Assembly (NCBI GenBank): GCA_046861385.1
Contig: JBHHTW010000010.1
Coordinates: 1-60,854, forward strand
Reading direction: 5' to 3'
Source: Fidelibacterota bacterium
GTDB lineage: Bacteria; Fidelibacterota; Marinisomatia; Marinisomatales; TCS55
Length of the DNA stretch: 60,854 nucleotides
Made by a program: the position numbers and the translations under genes. Shown here piece after piece: positions 49,593 to 60,818 of this stretch. The notes under the pieces were generated by a model, which saw only the letters and a list, made by a program, of their open reading frames with translations, did no database searches and was not told where the DNA came from. Every line of letters begins with the position of its first letter. The first letter of the stretch is position 1.

Positions 49593-50863
49593 TGATGCAA
49601 TTCCTGGAAAACAAATCGATACTTCTGTCCCGGTTGAATAATGGGCGTTTTCTTGCTCAATCAGAATACAATCGTGTGGAAAATATTATTGCATCCGTTC
49701 AGGATGATGGCGACAAAGGTTTAAGAAAATTTACTCTGGAATTTGATGGAATTTCCTTAAAAAATATTCAGGTACCTGAAAAAATCTTGTTAGAAAATAG
49801 TGTATTAAAAAACAAAGATTTACATGAAGCCATCACACAAGCGGCAGAAAATATTCGATTATTCCATGAAAAACAAATGCCTTCAGGTTTTCATCTCACT
49901 CAACCGGATGGAACGCATGTTACTTTCAACTGGAGACCAATCGGCCGGGTGGGTATTTATATTCCCGGGGGGAATTATCCATTATTGTCCACAGTACTCA
50001 TGAATGTCATCCCGGCACAAGTCGCTGGTGTAAAAGAAATCATTGTGTGCACGCCGCCACAGAAGAACGGAAGCCCTGACCCGGCAATTCTAAATGTGTG
50101 TGAGTTATTAGGCATTAATGAAATTTACCAAGTTGGTGGCGCTCAGGCCATTGCGGCCATGGCGCTAGGCACACAATCCATTCCGAAAGTGGATAAAATT
50201 ACCGGTCCGGGAAATCGATATGTCAATGCAGCCAAATATCTTCTCTCCAACCGTGTTGGCATAGATATGATTGCCGGGCCAACAGAGTTAATTGTGGTAG
50301 CTGATGAAACCGCCAATCCGAATTTTATTGCCGCCGATCTTATTTCCCAGGCAGAACATGATGTGGATGCGATGACATTATTATTGTGTCCTGATCAAAC
50401 AATTATTAACAACACGATGAATAAAATAGAATGTTTACTGAAACAGACAGATACCAAAATGATGGCAGAAAAATCCTTGAGAAATAATGGATTTATTTTA
50501 AAAACAGAATCCATCAATGAATGTATTTCCATTTCCAATCAGATCGCTCCAGAACATCTATCCCTTCACTTAAACAATCCGGAAAAAGTTCAACACCAAT
50601 TCATTGCAGGTGTCATATTTCTTGGTCAACAAACGCCTGTGGCCTGGGGAGATTACTGGGCAGGGCCGAACCATACACTCCCGACTTCCGGGACAGCTAC
50701 CTTTAGAGGACTACTAACTGTATTTGATTTTCTTGTTCCATTTTCTACCATTGAAGCAAATATTTCCAGAGAAAACAAGGGTCATGTTATTTCTATGGCG
50801 AATGGGGAGGGCCTTTCAGGCCATGCCTTATCGGTCAAAACCAGGGGGATGAATCATGATTGA
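49592..50863 (+). CDS. hisD: Histidinol dehydrogenase
   Basis: GIYIPGG, GGAQAIAA, GPGNRYV, IDMIAGPTE, SQAEHD, APEHL, GPNHTLPT. Confidence 0.95.
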   Translation: MMQFLENKSILLSRLNNGRFLAQSEYNRVENIIASVQDDGDKGLRKFTLEFDGISLKNIQVPEKILLENSVLKNKDLHEAITQAAENIRLFHEKQMPSGFHLTQPDGTHVTFNWRPIGRVGIYIPGGNYPLLSTVLMNVIPAQVAGVKEIIVCTPPQKNGSPDPAILNVCELLGINEIYQVGGAQAIAAMALGTQSIPKVDKITGPGNRYVNAAKYLLSNRVGIDMIAGPTELIVVADETANPNFIAADLISQAEHDVDAMTLLLCPDQTIINNTMNKIECLLKQTDTKMMAEKSLRNNGFILKTESINECISISNQIAPEHLSLHLNNPEKVQHQFIAGVIFLGQQTPVAWGDYWAGPNHTLPTSGTATFRGLLTVFDFLVPFSTIEANISRENKGHVISMANGEGLSGHALSVKTRGMNHD

Positions 50864-51908
50864 AAAATGGATAAAACAGGATATATTGAAACAACAGCCC
50901 TATTCCGTTAAAATGGTTGATCACAAAATTAAACTAAACCAGAATGAATCACCCTGGGATTGGCCTGATGACATTAAAAAAGTGATTACAGATCGCCTTT
51001 TCTCCGTGGAATGGAATCGGTATCCTAGTCTCAATCCAGAACGCCTTAGGGCAACCATAGCGTCTTATCACTCCCTGTCTGCCAATCAGGTATTGATTGG
51101 TAATGGTTCCAACGAAATTCTTCAAGCGATTATGAATGCAACCATTCTGCCGGGTGATTATGTTTGTACTCTGTCACCAACTTTCACTATCTATCGGATA
51201 TTGGCAGAGCAAAGAGGCGGCCGAATCATCTCTTCATTTTTATCTTCCTCTTTTGAGGTAGACAGTACAGATTTGCTGGCCAAATCATCTAAATCAAGAT
51301 TAACCATTATTTGTAATCCGAATTCACCCACCGGAACGTTTTATCCACTTTCATCGATAGAAATGTTGTTAAAAAACACACCGGGATTGGTTGTAATCGA
51401 TGAAGCTTACGCCGATTTTTCAGGAAAAACGGTCATGGATTTCTTATCTCTTTATCCCAACCTAATTATCACCCGGACTTTTTCGAAAGCATTTGCCCTG
51501 GCAGGATTCAGGGTTGGGTATGGGTTGATGGCACCGGATTTAGCGATTGAAATACAAAAATGCTTACTTCCTTTTCATTTCGATATACCTTCCATGGTTG
51601 CCCTGGAAACCATATTAGATTATCCCGGGCTGGTTCGAAAAAGGGTAACTAAAATCATTAAAGAAAGAGACAGGCTGATTACGGAATTAAACTTAATCGA
51701 AGGTATTTCTGCCTTGGGTTCACACACCAATTTTTTCCTGTTAAAATCAACCCACGGCGCGGAGAAAATATTTGAATTTCTGGCAAATAAAAGTATCCTG
51801 ATCCGAGATGTTTCCTCCTATCCCGGGCTGGAAGCCATGGTGAGAATTACAGTCGGAACCCCCGATGAAAATAATACTTTAATCCGGGCTTTTCAGGAAA
51901 TGTCATGA
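50856..51908 (+). CDS. hisC: Histidinol-phosphate aminotransferase
   Basis: KLNQNESP, NRYP, GNGSNE, PNSPTG, DEAY, RTFSKAFALAGFRVG; his operon position. Confidence 0.92.
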   Translation: MIEKWIKQDILKQQPYSVKMVDHKIKLNQNESPWDWPDDIKKVITDRLFSVEWNRYPSLNPERLRATIASYHSLSANQVLIGNGSNEILQAIMNATILPGDYVCTLSPTFTIYRILAEQRGGRIISSFLSSSFEVDSTDLLAKSSKSRLTIICNPNSPTGTFYPLSSIEMLLKNTPGLVVIDEAYADFSGKTVMDFLSLYPNLIITRTFSKAFALAGFRVGYGLMAPDLAIEIQKCLLPFHFDIPSMVALETILDYPGLVRKRVTKIIKERDRLITELNLIEGISALGSHTNFFLLKSTHGAEKIFEFLANKSILIRDVSSYPGLEAMVRITVGTPDENNTLIRAFQEMS

Positions 51909-52711
51909 AGTACGATGGTTTTATCTTTGATATTGATGGTGTATTACTGGATACAAGTCAATCTTTTACTCAAGCCGTATTGCTGGCAGTTAAAACAGCA
52001 ACCGGATCCGGGTTATTTAATGAAAAACATATTGTACAATTAAAAGGTATTCCCGGGTTTAATAACGATTGGGATGTGGCAGTTGCCGGAGCAATTTGGA
52101 CCGGGAAAAGCGATGGTGAATCTTTCAATGATTTTATTCACAAGCTGGAACAATATCATGGCGGCACTGAAGCACTACAGAGTTTGGCGCCTTCTGATTA
52201 CAAAATATTTAAGGAGCCTGTTCCCCGACTAGTGATGGAAGCCTACGGTGGAACCAGTGCCTGCCAGACTCTTTATGGGTTTGAACCCCAGACAATCCTG
52301 GTTGAAGGGATGTGGAAAAATGAAATTTCTTTTGTATCCCCGGAAATGATCTATCCTTATTTACCTGTTTCCGGTATTGTATCAGGCAGGAACAGAACTG
52401 AAATGGAACTGGCATTTAAAATCCTTGGCTGGGAATTACCCTGGGAGCGGGTGGCTTTTTCAGATATCCCTGCGTTTAATAAACCCAATCCAGCATATCT
52501 GGTTCGTATCATGAACAGAATGAATTGTCAATATCCTGTCTTTCTGGGGGATTCTAGAGATGATTTGGAATTGGTAAAAAACTATATTAATCAAACAGGA
52601 AATCCAATGGACTTTTGCTGCGTGGGAATTCAACATGGGATTAAGGAGTTTAGTCTCAGGGTTAACCATATTTCTGAATTTTTCAATAACGTTGGGCAAT
52701 ATCATGGTTGA
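51905..52711 (+). CDS. HAD-superfamily hydrolase, candidate histidinol-phosphatase
   Basis: FDIDGV, FNNDWD, KPNP, GDSRDD motifs; between hisC and monofunctional hisB. Confidence 0.75.
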   Translation: MKYDGFIFDIDGVLLDTSQSFTQAVLLAVKTATGSGLFNEKHIVQLKGIPGFNNDWDVAVAGAIWTGKSDGESFNDFIHKLEQYHGGTEALQSLAPSDYKIFKEPVPRLVMEAYGGTSACQTLYGFEPQTILVEGMWKNEISFVSPEMIYPYLPVSGIVSGRNRTEMELAFKILGWELPWERVAFSDIPAFNKPNPAYLVRIMNRMNCQYPVFLGDSRDDLELVKNYINQTGNPMDFCCVGIQHGIKEFSLRVNHISEFFNNVGQYHG

Positions 52712-53276
52712 GTTTTCAAGAAAAACAAATGAGACCAGTATTCAATTATCGCTGAATATTTATGGAGAAAAGAATATTAACGTCAAAACAGGCATCGGTT
52801 TTTTTGATCATATGATTACATCAATGGCATTTTGGGCCGGATGGGACTTAACCCTGAGATGTCAGGGAGATCTTGAAATTGACACCCATCATACAGTGGA
52901 AGATGTTGGACTTTCTTTGGGAAAGGCTTTTCATACCATGTGGTTTAAACATCAAAATATCGTCCGGATCGCCCATGCTTTTTGTCCGCTGGACGATGCA
53001 TTGACACGGGTAGTCGTTGATGTGTGCAATCGCCCATACAGTACATTTGATGCAACATTCAATGTTGAAAAAGTCGGTGCTTTTGAAACGGCGATGACAG
53101 GACATTTTTTCAGATCATTTGCACAGGAAGGGCGCATTACCCAGCACATACGGGTCCTCCACGGACACAATGCTCACCATATGATTGAAACCATATTTAA
53201 AGGATTAGGATTGGCGTTAAAAAGGGCCTGTACGTTAACAGACGTGGGAACCCAGTCAACAAAAGGATATTTATGA
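52704..53276 (+). CDS. hisB: Imidazoleglycerol-phosphate dehydratase (monofunctional)
   Basis: RKTNET, TGIGFFDHM, DTHHTVED, NAHHMIE, STKG; ATG at 52704. Confidence 0.95.
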   Translation: MVEFSRKTNETSIQLSLNIYGEKNINVKTGIGFFDHMITSMAFWAGWDLTLRCQGDLEIDTHHTVEDVGLSLGKAFHTMWFKHQNIVRIAHAFCPLDDALTRVVVDVCNRPYSTFDATFNVEKVGAFETAMTGHFFRSFAQEGRITQHIRVLHGHNAHHMIETIFKGLGLALKRACTLTDVGTQSTKGYL

Positions 53277-53869
53277 TTGGAATCATTGATTACGGAATAG
53301 GAAATATCGGATCTCTGACCAATGCATTCCGGCGGTTAAATATATCCTGCCTCGTTTCCGGGAATTCAAAGGAATTGAATCAATGTGACCAATTGGTTTT
53401 GCCCGGGGTCGGTGCTTTTCGGCCAGCCATGAATATGTTATCCACTCTCCGGTTGGGTCCGTTCATTTACACTTGGGGAATGGAGGGAAAACCCATCTTA
53501 GGCATATGTCTGGGAATGCAGCTTCTTTTTTCAGAAAGTATGGAAAATGGTCTTACGTCTGGATTGGATATTATTCCTGGCACCGTTTCTCCACTCATTG
53601 GAGGTAAGAGAAAAATTCATATCGGATGGAATCAGGTAAAACCAACACAAAATTATTCCCGATTCCAGACGCCGGGATATGCATATTTTGTTCATTCATT
53701 CATTTGCAGGCCGGCTGAAGAATCCCATATTATTGCCGAAACAGAATATGGGAGCATTTTCCCCAGCATGGTTCAAAAAGGAAATGTGATAGGTGTTCAG
53801 TTTCACCCGGAAAAATCACAGGAATTCGGAATGGAAATATTGAGGAGGTTTTCCGTTGAATTCATTTAG
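53273..53869 (+). CDS. hisH: IGP synthase glutaminase subunit
   Basis: DYGIGN, LPGVGAF, GICLGMQ, HIGWN, YFVHS, QFHPEKS. Confidence 0.96.
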   Translation: MIGIIDYGIGNIGSLTNAFRRLNISCLVSGNSKELNQCDQLVLPGVGAFRPAMNMLSTLRLGPFIYTWGMEGKPILGICLGMQLLFSESMENGLTSGLDIIPGTVSPLIGGKRKIHIGWNQVKPTQNYSRFQTPGYAYFVHSFICRPAEESHIIAETEYGSIFPSMVQKGNVIGVQFHPEKSQEFGMEILRRFSVEFI

Positions 53870-54578
53870 AGTCATTCCGGCAATTGATATTATGGGAGGA
53901 AAATGTGTTCGTCTCACTCAAGGCAGTTATTCGCGAAAAACGATTTACAAAACGGATCCAGAAACGGTGGCCAAACAATTTTTAGATAATGGATTCGATT
54001 TCGTTCATGTCGTTGATTTGGATGGAGCAAAAACGGGGAAACCGGTGAATTTGATATCCGTTGAAAAAATTTCCGCCACCGGGATTACCATTGAGTTGGG
54101 CGGTGGACTCCGAAATCAAGACCATTTAATGCAGGCAATGGATGCGGGAGCATCCGACTTAATCATCGGAACAAAACTCCTGGATTTGGAAACAGTCATA
54201 TCTGATTGGATTACAATGTTTCCCGGCCACCTTATTGCCGGAATTGATGCAAAAAATGGAATGGTTGCTGTGCAGGGATGGGAAAAAAAATCAATTATTA
54301 CTGCGATAGAATTAATAAAAAAAATAGAAGAGATGGGATTTTCAAAATTGATATACACCGATATTGAAAAGGATGGTGTTCTGGCCGGACCGAATATTAA
54401 AGAAATAAAAAAAATAGCCAACGCCACATCCATCCCTCTTATTGCCTCCGGCGGGGTGAGTTCAATGGAAGATATTGAAAAAATAAAATCCATTTCAAAT
54501 CAAAACATTCGTGGCGTGATTGTTGGGAAAGCTATTTACGAAAATAAATTATCGTTGGCGGCATTAAGATCATGCTGA
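53856..54578 (+). CDS. hisA: ProFAR isomerase
   Basis: PAIDIMGGKCVRLTQG, HVVDLDGA, GGGLR, TDIEKDG, ASGG; TTG start. Confidence 0.95.
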   Translation: MNSFRVIPAIDIMGGKCVRLTQGSYSRKTIYKTDPETVAKQFLDNGFDFVHVVDLDGAKTGKPVNLISVEKISATGITIELGGGLRNQDHLMQAMDAGASDLIIGTKLLDLETVISDWITMFPGHLIAGIDAKNGMVAVQGWEKKSIITAIELIKKIEEMGFSKLIYTDIEKDGVLAGPNIKEIKKIANATSIPLIASGGVSSMEDIEKIKSISNQNIRGVIVGKAIYENKLSLAALRSC

Positions 54579-55342
54579 CCAAACGAATCATTCCCTGTCT
54601 GGATATTAAGGATGGAGCGGTAGTGAAGGGAGTTCATTTTCGTCACCTTACCCAAGAAGGGGATCCGATTGAACTGGCATCAAAATACTCTGATGATGGT
54701 GCCGATGAACTGGTTTTTCTTGATATTACTGCTTCTTTGGAATCACGGAAGCATGTGGTTGATTTGGTCCGGGAAGTATCTAAATCCGTTTTTATTCCAT
54801 TGACCGTTGGAGGAGGAATCCGGACATTAAAAGATATTTCAGAATTGTTGGATGCAGGGGCAGATAAAGTGTCGATCAATTCAGCCGCTCTCAATAATCC
54901 TGATCTCTTGAGCAATGTTTCCGGAAAATTCGGTTCCCAGTGTATCGTGCTTGCTGTCGATGTAAAATTCGACAAACATCAATGGACCGTCTTTTCCCAT
55001 GGCGGAACCAGGAGAACCAATCAAGAAGCCATCCTTTGGACCAAAGAGGGTGAAGACAGAGGTGTTGGAGAAATATTACTAACCAGCATGGACGCAGATG
55101 GAACACAAGGGGGAATTGATCTGGAAATAACACGCAATGTCAGTCGACAAATTTCTATTCCGGTCATTGCTTCCGGAGGAATCGGCCGGTTGGAGCATTT
55201 TAAAGAAGCATTTGAAACAGGTGAAGCAGATGCGGTTCTGGCTGCTTCTGTCTTTCACCGTAACAAATTTTCATTAACACAGGTAAAAGCATATTTAAAA
55301 CAAAACGGATTCATCATCCGGGAACCAGGGAGATATCAGTGA
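54572..55342 (+). CDS. hisF: IGP synthase cyclase subunit
   Basis: MLTKRIIPCLD, GADELVFLDI, VGGGI, ADKVSINS, TSMDADGT, IASGG. Confidence 0.97.
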   Translation: MLTKRIIPCLDIKDGAVVKGVHFRHLTQEGDPIELASKYSDDGADELVFLDITASLESRKHVVDLVREVSKSVFIPLTVGGGIRTLKDISELLDAGADKVSINSAALNNPDLLSNVSGKFGSQCIVLAVDVKFDKHQWTVFSHGGTRRTNQEAILWTKEGEDRGVGEILLTSMDADGTQGGIDLEITRNVSRQISIPVIASGGIGRLEHFKEAFETGEADAVLAASVFHRNKFSLTQVKAYLKQNGFIIREPGRYQ

Positions 55343-55728
55343 AAACGATTGAGGAAACCGATGAATTGAAATTAGATTTTCGAAAATTAAAACAAATTGG
55401 AATGATTGAGGAAAATGTCATTCCTGTGGTCGTTCAAAATGTTCAAACAGACGAAGTTGTTATGGTGGCTTATGTCAATCAAATGGCGTTGGATTTTACT
55501 TTAAAAAACCATCTGGCTACTTTTTGGAGCACTTCCCGGAATGAACTTTGGGTCAAAGGAGCCAGTTCAGGAGACGGGTTGGAAGTGGTGGGCGTTCGGG
55601 TCAATTGCGATCAGAACTCCCTGTTATACCGTGTCCGGCTATCAAAAAAGAATGCCTGTCACACCCACAGACCCTCGTGTTATTATCGAAAAATTAAATT
55701 AAACAAACTGGAGTATATTCATGAATAA
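55339..55728 (+). CDS. hisI: Phosphoribosyl-AMP cyclohydrolase (no HisE domain)
   Basis: [34 protein letters not shown]...SCYY. Confidence 0.9.
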   Translation: MKTIEETDELKLDFRKLKQIGMIEENVIPVVVQNVQTDEVVMVAYVNQMALDFTLKNHLATFWSTSRNELWVKGASSGDGLEVVGVRVNCDQNSLLYRVRLSKKNACHTHRPSCYYRKIKLNKLEYIHE

Positions 55729-56974
55729 AAAAGTTGTTCTGGCTTACAGCGGCGGATTAGATACGTCTGTTATTTTGAAGTGGCTGGCCAATAAAGGATA
55801 CGAAGTTATTTGCTTTATCGGAAATGTGGGGCAAAAAGAAGATTTCTCGACAGTGGAGAAAAAAGCACTTTCCACCGGTGCATCCTCCGTATATACGGAG
55901 GATCTTCAAACAGAATTTGTCACCGATTATATTTTTCCTGCTTTAAAAGGGAATGCCCTTTACGAAGGCCGGTATTTGCTGGGAACATCCCTGGCCAGAC
56001 CTTTACTGGCCAAAAAACAAATTGATATCGCTGCCCGGGAAGGTGCGGGGTACGTTTCCCACGGATCAACGGGAAAAGGAAATGATCAGGTTCGATTTGA
56101 ATTGGCCTATTATGCCCTGAATCCGGAAATTAAGGTGATCGCTCCGTGGAAAGATCCGGAGTTTTTAGACCAGTTCAAAGGTCGAACCGATATGATTCAT
56201 TACGCCAAAAAATGGAACATTGAAATAACCGCATCAAAAAAACGGCCCTATAGTGAAGATGAAAACTTAATGCACATCAGTCACGAAGCAGGCGTATTAG
56301 AAGATCCTGCGCTCCGGGCAAATGATGATGTATTCACGATTTCCAATACAGTCCAAAATACTCCTGACAGGGAGACATTAATTGAGATTCAATTTGAAAA
56401 CGGGGTTCCTGTCCTGGTAAAAAATCTATCAGATGGGACTCAAAAAACTGATCCATTGGATTTATTTTTATACCTGAATAAATTGGGTGGAGAAAACGCC
56501 ATTGGTCAATTGGATATGGTGGAAAATCGCTATATCGGCATTAAATCCAGAGGAATATATGAGACGCCTGGGGGAACCATATTATGGGCTGCACACCGGG
56601 ATCTGGAAGGCATTAGTATGGATAAAGAAGTCATGCATCTCAGAGATATGCTTATCCCAAAATTTTCTGAGTTAATTTATAATGGTTTCTGGTTTTCCCC
56701 GGAAATGGACTTTATTATGAGCGCATTTAATAAAAGTCAGGAAGCCATTAATGGAACGGTTCGTATGGCACTTTATAAAGGGAATATGATTCCTGCCGGA
56801 AGAGAATCCGCCACTTCTCTGTATGACCAGAATTTATCCAGTATGGATATTGAAGGAGGTTTTAATGCCATGGACTCTAAAGGGTTTATTAACATTAATG
56901 CCATTCGGTTGAAAGCGCACCATATTGTGCTTCATAACAATAAACCTTATCGCTGGCGGAAAGTGAATTCATGA
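55721..56974 (+). CDS. argG: Argininosuccinate synthase
   Basis: [60 protein letters not shown]. Confidence 0.97.
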   Translation: MNKKVVLAYSGGLDTSVILKWLANKGYEVICFIGNVGQKEDFSTVEKKALSTGASSVYTEDLQTEFVTDYIFPALKGNALYEGRYLLGTSLARPLLAKKQIDIAAREGAGYVSHGSTGKGNDQVRFELAYYALNPEIKVIAPWKDPEFLDQFKGRTDMIHYAKKWNIEITASKKRPYSEDENLMHISHEAGVLEDPALRANDDVFTISNTVQNTPDRETLIEIQFENGVPVLVKNLSDGTQKTDPLDLFLYLNKLGGENAIGQLDMVENRYIGIKSRGIYETPGGTILWAAHRDLEGISMDKEVMHLRDMLIPKFSELIYNGFWFSPEMDFIMSAFNKSQEAINGTVRMALYKGNMIPAGRESATSLYDQNLSSMDIEGGFNAMDSKGFININAIRLKAHHIVLHNNKPYRWRKVNS

Positions 56975-58158
56975 AGAAACTATGGGATAAAGGCTATGAT
57001 TTAGATCAGGCTATTGAAGCATTTACGGTCGGAAATGATTTCCAATTAGACCAGTCATTGGTTTATTATGATTGCCTGGCATCAATCGCCCATGTAAACA
57101 TGCTGGAGAAAATGGATATATTGACTTCCGAAGAAAAAATAAATCTTGTTCAAACATTAAACCATATTATTGATTTGAACCGTACTGGAAAATTTGAAAT
57201 TAAACCGGCGCAGGAAGATTGCCACACAGCCATTGAAATGTTTCTGATTGAATCATTGGGTGAAACTGGCAAAAAAATCCATACCGCCAGATCTAGAAAT
57301 GACCAGGTGTTGACTGCCCTGAGACTTTATTACAAAGACCAGTTAGAGAATGTTCGACAGTTGATTAAACAATTGAAAGGAGCAATCAATAAATTTATCA
57401 TTCAATATGGAAATATCCTCTATCCCGGTTACACGCATATGAGAAAAGCCATGCCCTCCTCTTTCCATTTATGGGGAAACAGCATTATTGATTCCATGTC
57501 TGATAACCTTCAGATATTAAATGCCATTTATACGCTCATCGATCAATCTCCCCTGGGAACAGCGGCCGGTTATGGGGTTCCTCTGGACATTGATCGAAAA
57601 TCTACAGCCGACGAACTGGCCTTTTCCCGTATTCAGGAGAATCCCATATATACCCAGAATAGCCGGGGGAAATTTGAAAAATCCATTTTGCATATATTAT
57701 CTCAAATTATGCTCGATTTAAACCGGATTGCTTCAGATTTAATTTTATTCAGTATGGAAGAATTCGGATACGTTGAATTACCGGATGAATTCTGTACAGG
57801 AAGTTCCATTATGCCCCAGAAAAAAAATCCGGATGTATTGGAACTCCTGAGAGCAAAATACCATGTAGTTGCTTCATACGAGTTTCAGTTATCCGGACTG
57901 GTCTCTGACCTTATTTCCGGCTATAACAGGGATGTACAATTAACAAAGGAACCGGTGATGAATAGTTTTTCAATCGTGACGGCCAGCCTGGGTATCACCC
58001 AAATCCTATTTCAATCCCTGAAGGTCAATAAGGATAAATGCCAGGAAGGGATGACGGATGAATTATTTGCCACCGAACGGGTCTATCAACTGGTTAAAAA
58101 AGGTATGCCTTTTCGGGAAGCTTATCAGAAAGTAGCCAAATCAATCAAAAAAAGTTGA
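56971..58158 (+). CDS. argH: Argininosuccinate lyase (short, 395 aa)
   Basis: [46 protein letters not shown]. Confidence 0.93.
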   Translation: MKKLWDKGYDLDQAIEAFTVGNDFQLDQSLVYYDCLASIAHVNMLEKMDILTSEEKINLVQTLNHIIDLNRTGKFEIKPAQEDCHTAIEMFLIESLGETGKKIHTARSRNDQVLTALRLYYKDQLENVRQLIKQLKGAINKFIIQYGNILYPGYTHMRKAMPSSFHLWGNSIIDSMSDNLQILNAIYTLIDQSPLGTAAGYGVPLDIDRKSTADELAFSRIQENPIYTQNSRGKFEKSILHILSQIMLDLNRIASDLILFSMEEFGYVELPDEFCTGSSIMPQKKNPDVLELLRAKYHVVASYEFQLSGLVSDLISGYNRDVQLTKEPVMNSFSIVTASLGITQILFQSLKVNKDKCQEGMTDELFATERVYQLVKKGMPFREAYQKVAKSIKKS

Positions 58159-59303
58159 TGAAACGGACCTTATCTCCATTAAACCGAATAGTCGTCAAAA
58201 TCGGCAGTTCAAGTCTTTGCCATGAAAATGGGAAAATCAACCCTATTTTTATTAAGACCCTGTCAAGCGATATTGCATATTTGATTGACCGGGGGATACA
58301 GGTCGTTTTGGTATCCAGCGGTGCCGTTGCTTCCGGTCGCCATTTGTTAAATGAAAATGGATCCTCCATCGAAAATAAACAAGCAGCAGCAGCAATAGGA
58401 CAACCCTTGCTTCTTGCGGCATTCCGCCAGTTTTTCGAAGCGCATAAAATAAAAACGGCACAAGTACTATTAACCCATAATGATTTGCAAGACAGATCCA
58501 GATATCTCAGCGCCCGAAATACGTTGGAAATATTGTTGATACACGGAATTATACCCATTATTAATGAAAATGATACTGTCAGTACTGAAGAAATTCAATT
58601 CAGTGACAATGATTTTCTGGCTGCATTATGTACCAATTTGGTCAGTGCCGATCTCTTTATCATTCTATCCAATATTGAGGGAATTGGCAGGGAAGATCCA
58701 TCTGTAAATCCCAACACTTCCATATACAAAACGTTGACTGTTCATGAATTGGAGGAGTTGAAAAAACAATTCCCCCATCAAAAAAGTGGAGGAATCAGCC
58801 GGGGAGGAATTTTCACCAAACTGGAAGCACCCATCATGGCCGCCCAATATGGCGTTCCCACTATTATTGCCAATAGCAGGGCTGAGTCCATTCTACAACG
58901 AATCGTCAATGGAGAAGATATCGGGACCTACGTGAAACCTGTAGAAACAAATCTCAATTCAAAAAAGGCTTATATTGCCCATGCCATAAAGCCGAAGGCA
59001 AAAATTATTATCGATGAAGGAGCGGCCTACGCCATCCAAACTAACAAGGCCAGTCTGCTGCCCTCCGGAATCCAAAAAACAGAAGGAAATTTCCAAAGAG
59101 GAGACGGCGTCCTCTGTTGCCTGTCCAATGGTACGGAAATAGCCCGGGGTATTGTGGAGTACGATCGGAGTGAAATTGATCAAATTTCCGGAAAACAATC
59201 CAGGGAAATTGAGTCCATTCTAGGATTTCAACGCCGCCGGGGAATCATCCATCGGGATAATATGGTTATAACCAAAGGAATCACCTCACATGAATTTAAA
59301 TAA
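58158..59303 (+). CDS. proB: Glutamate 5-kinase with PUA domain
   Basis: VKIGSS, VSSGAV, QAAAAIGQ, NENDTV, DND, GGIFTK, SLLPSGI, IHRDN. Confidence 0.96.
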   Translation: MKRTLSPLNRIVVKIGSSSLCHENGKINPIFIKTLSSDIAYLIDRGIQVVLVSSGAVASGRHLLNENGSSIENKQAAAAIGQPLLLAAFRQFFEAHKIKTAQVLLTHNDLQDRSRYLSARNTLEILLIHGIIPIINENDTVSTEEIQFSDNDFLAALCTNLVSADLFIILSNIEGIGREDPSVNPNTSIYKTLTVHELEELKKQFPHQKSGGISRGGIFTKLEAPIMAAQYGVPTIIANSRAESILQRIVNGEDIGTYVKPVETNLNSKKAYIAHAIKPKAKIIIDEGAAYAIQTNKASLLPSGIQKTEGNFQRGDGVLCCLSNGTEIARGIVEYDRSEIDQISGKQSREIESILGFQRRRGIIHRDNMVITKGITSHEFK

Positions 59304-60531
59304 AATCGGAGAAGAAATAAAAAGAGCCAGCCTTCACCTGCCAATGGTGACGACAAAACAAAAACAAGTTATTTTACGGGAAATGGCAGAAGAAATAATC
59401 GCCAACAAAAATACCATTCAGGAAGAAAACAATAAAGATATTCGTCGGGCACAATCAAATGGCTTATCATCAGCTATGATTGATCGCCTTCGTTTGACTG
59501 GTACCCGAATTTCCGGGATGGCAGAAAGTATCAGAGAAGTTGCAGAACTTCCTGATCCGGTTGGAGAAATAACGGAAGATTACTACAGACCCAATGGGCT
59601 TAGAGTTCAACGCAGAAGAATTCCATTGGGAGTCATTGGTGTGATATATGAATCAAGACCCAACGTTACGGTTGAAGCGGCTTCCCTGTGTTTTTATGCT
59701 GGCAATGGCTTGTTGCTCAGAGGAGGATCGGAAGCGTTTCATTCGAATCAGATATTGGTGGAGATATTAAAATCAGTATTAAAAAATCGTGGCTTGGAAA
59801 ATATAATCGATATGGTTCCTTCAACCGATAGAGCCAATGTGGATAAAATGGCAAAAATGAATGATGTACTTGATGTTATTATCCCCAGGGGAGGAGAAGG
59901 ACTGATACGGCATATTTATAAAGTAGCCACGGTTCCCGTCATTGCACATTATAAAGGGAATTGTCATATGTTTGTGGATGCGTCTGCAGAGGTTGATCAC
60001 GCCAGAGCAATTGTAATGAATGGCAAGGTTCAGCGCCCGGGAGTGTGTAATGCCCTGGAAACGTTACTCATTCATCAGGACATCGCTGATTCTTTCCTGC
60101 CCGAAATGTTGGATGAACTAATAACTGCCGGTGTAGAAATAAGGGGGTGCAAACAAACACAAAAATATTCTGATAATATTAAACCAGCGTCAGATATAGA
60201 TTATGATACGGAATTCCTTAATCTCATTTTAGCAGTAAAAGTAGTAGAAAATATACAAGAAGCCATTGATCATATTCATCATTACGGCAGTAATCATACA
60301 GAAGGAATTGTCAGCCGGGATCCACAATCCATCGATCAATTTATTCAGGCCCTGGACAGTTCAGCTATTATGGTGAATGCTTCCACACGTTTTAACGATG
60401 GCGGTCAATTGGGTCTGGGAGCTGAAATTGGAATCAGTACGACCAAATTGCATTCTTTCGGTCCCATGGGGCTTCGGGAACTGACGACCACAAAGTTCGT
60501 CGTAACCGGGGATGGCCAGGTTCGAGAGTAA
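59290..60531 (+). CDS. proA: Gamma-glutamyl phosphate reductase
   Basis: PLGVIGVIYESRPNVT, LRGGSEA, IPRGG, CNALETLL, NASTRF, AEIGIST, GPMGL. Confidence 0.97.
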   Translation: MNLNKIGEEIKRASLHLPMVTTKQKQVILREMAEEIIANKNTIQEENNKDIRRAQSNGLSSAMIDRLRLTGTRISGMAESIREVAELPDPVGEITEDYYRPNGLRVQRRRIPLGVIGVIYESRPNVTVEAASLCFYAGNGLLLRGGSEAFHSNQILVEILKSVLKNRGLENIIDMVPSTDRANVDKMAKMNDVLDVIIPRGGEGLIRHIYKVATVPVIAHYKGNCHMFVDASAEVDHARAIVMNGKVQRPGVCNALETLLIHQDIADSFLPEMLDELITAGVEIRGCKQTQKYSDNIKPASDIDYDTEFLNLILAVKVVENIQEAIDHIHHYGSNHTEGIVSRDPQSIDQFIQALDSSAIMVNASTRFNDGGQLGLGAEIGISTTKLHSFGPMGLRELTTTKFVVTGDGQVRE

Positions 60532-60607
60532 TGAAACAAGAACAATTCACAAACAAGGGCGGAGGCATTCCAATCACATTTGTACAAAACGTTTGATTAA
60601 GGTCAGG

Positions 60608-60669
60608 CAATTACCCCGTTATTTATGGCGGGGACGGTATAGATACAATAATTGGGGCTTTAGCCCAAT
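60608..60669. repeat. REP-like hairpin doublet downstream of proA
   Basis: ccccgttatttatggcgggg and attggggctttagcccaat imperfect hairpins; may also act as terminators. Confidence 0.5.
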
Positions 60670-60751
60670 CATAATAGGTAATCCCTCAGCGACAGGGGCA
60701 GGTTAAAAGCGAAAAAACAATACTTAATCTCCCTGGTTTTGCTAACCGAAG

Positions 60752-60818
60752 GAGATTGCCGCACTCCACTGCCCTCCTGCGCTGCGCTTCGGCGGACAAG
60801 CGTTCCATTCGCAATGAC
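60752..60818. repeat. GAGATTGC...GCAATGAC-type intergenic repeat carrying a nested CTTCGGCGGACA hairpin
   Basis: gagattgccgc...cgcaatgac bounds; inner cttcggcggaca is identical to the core of the repeats at 106-156 and 36493-36543. Confidence 0.55.

Noticed and set aside
611-60706. The many 60-160 aa ORFs antisense to or nested within long genes
   Set aside because: They overlap well-supported CDSs and show no recognisable motifs; treated as shadow ORFs.
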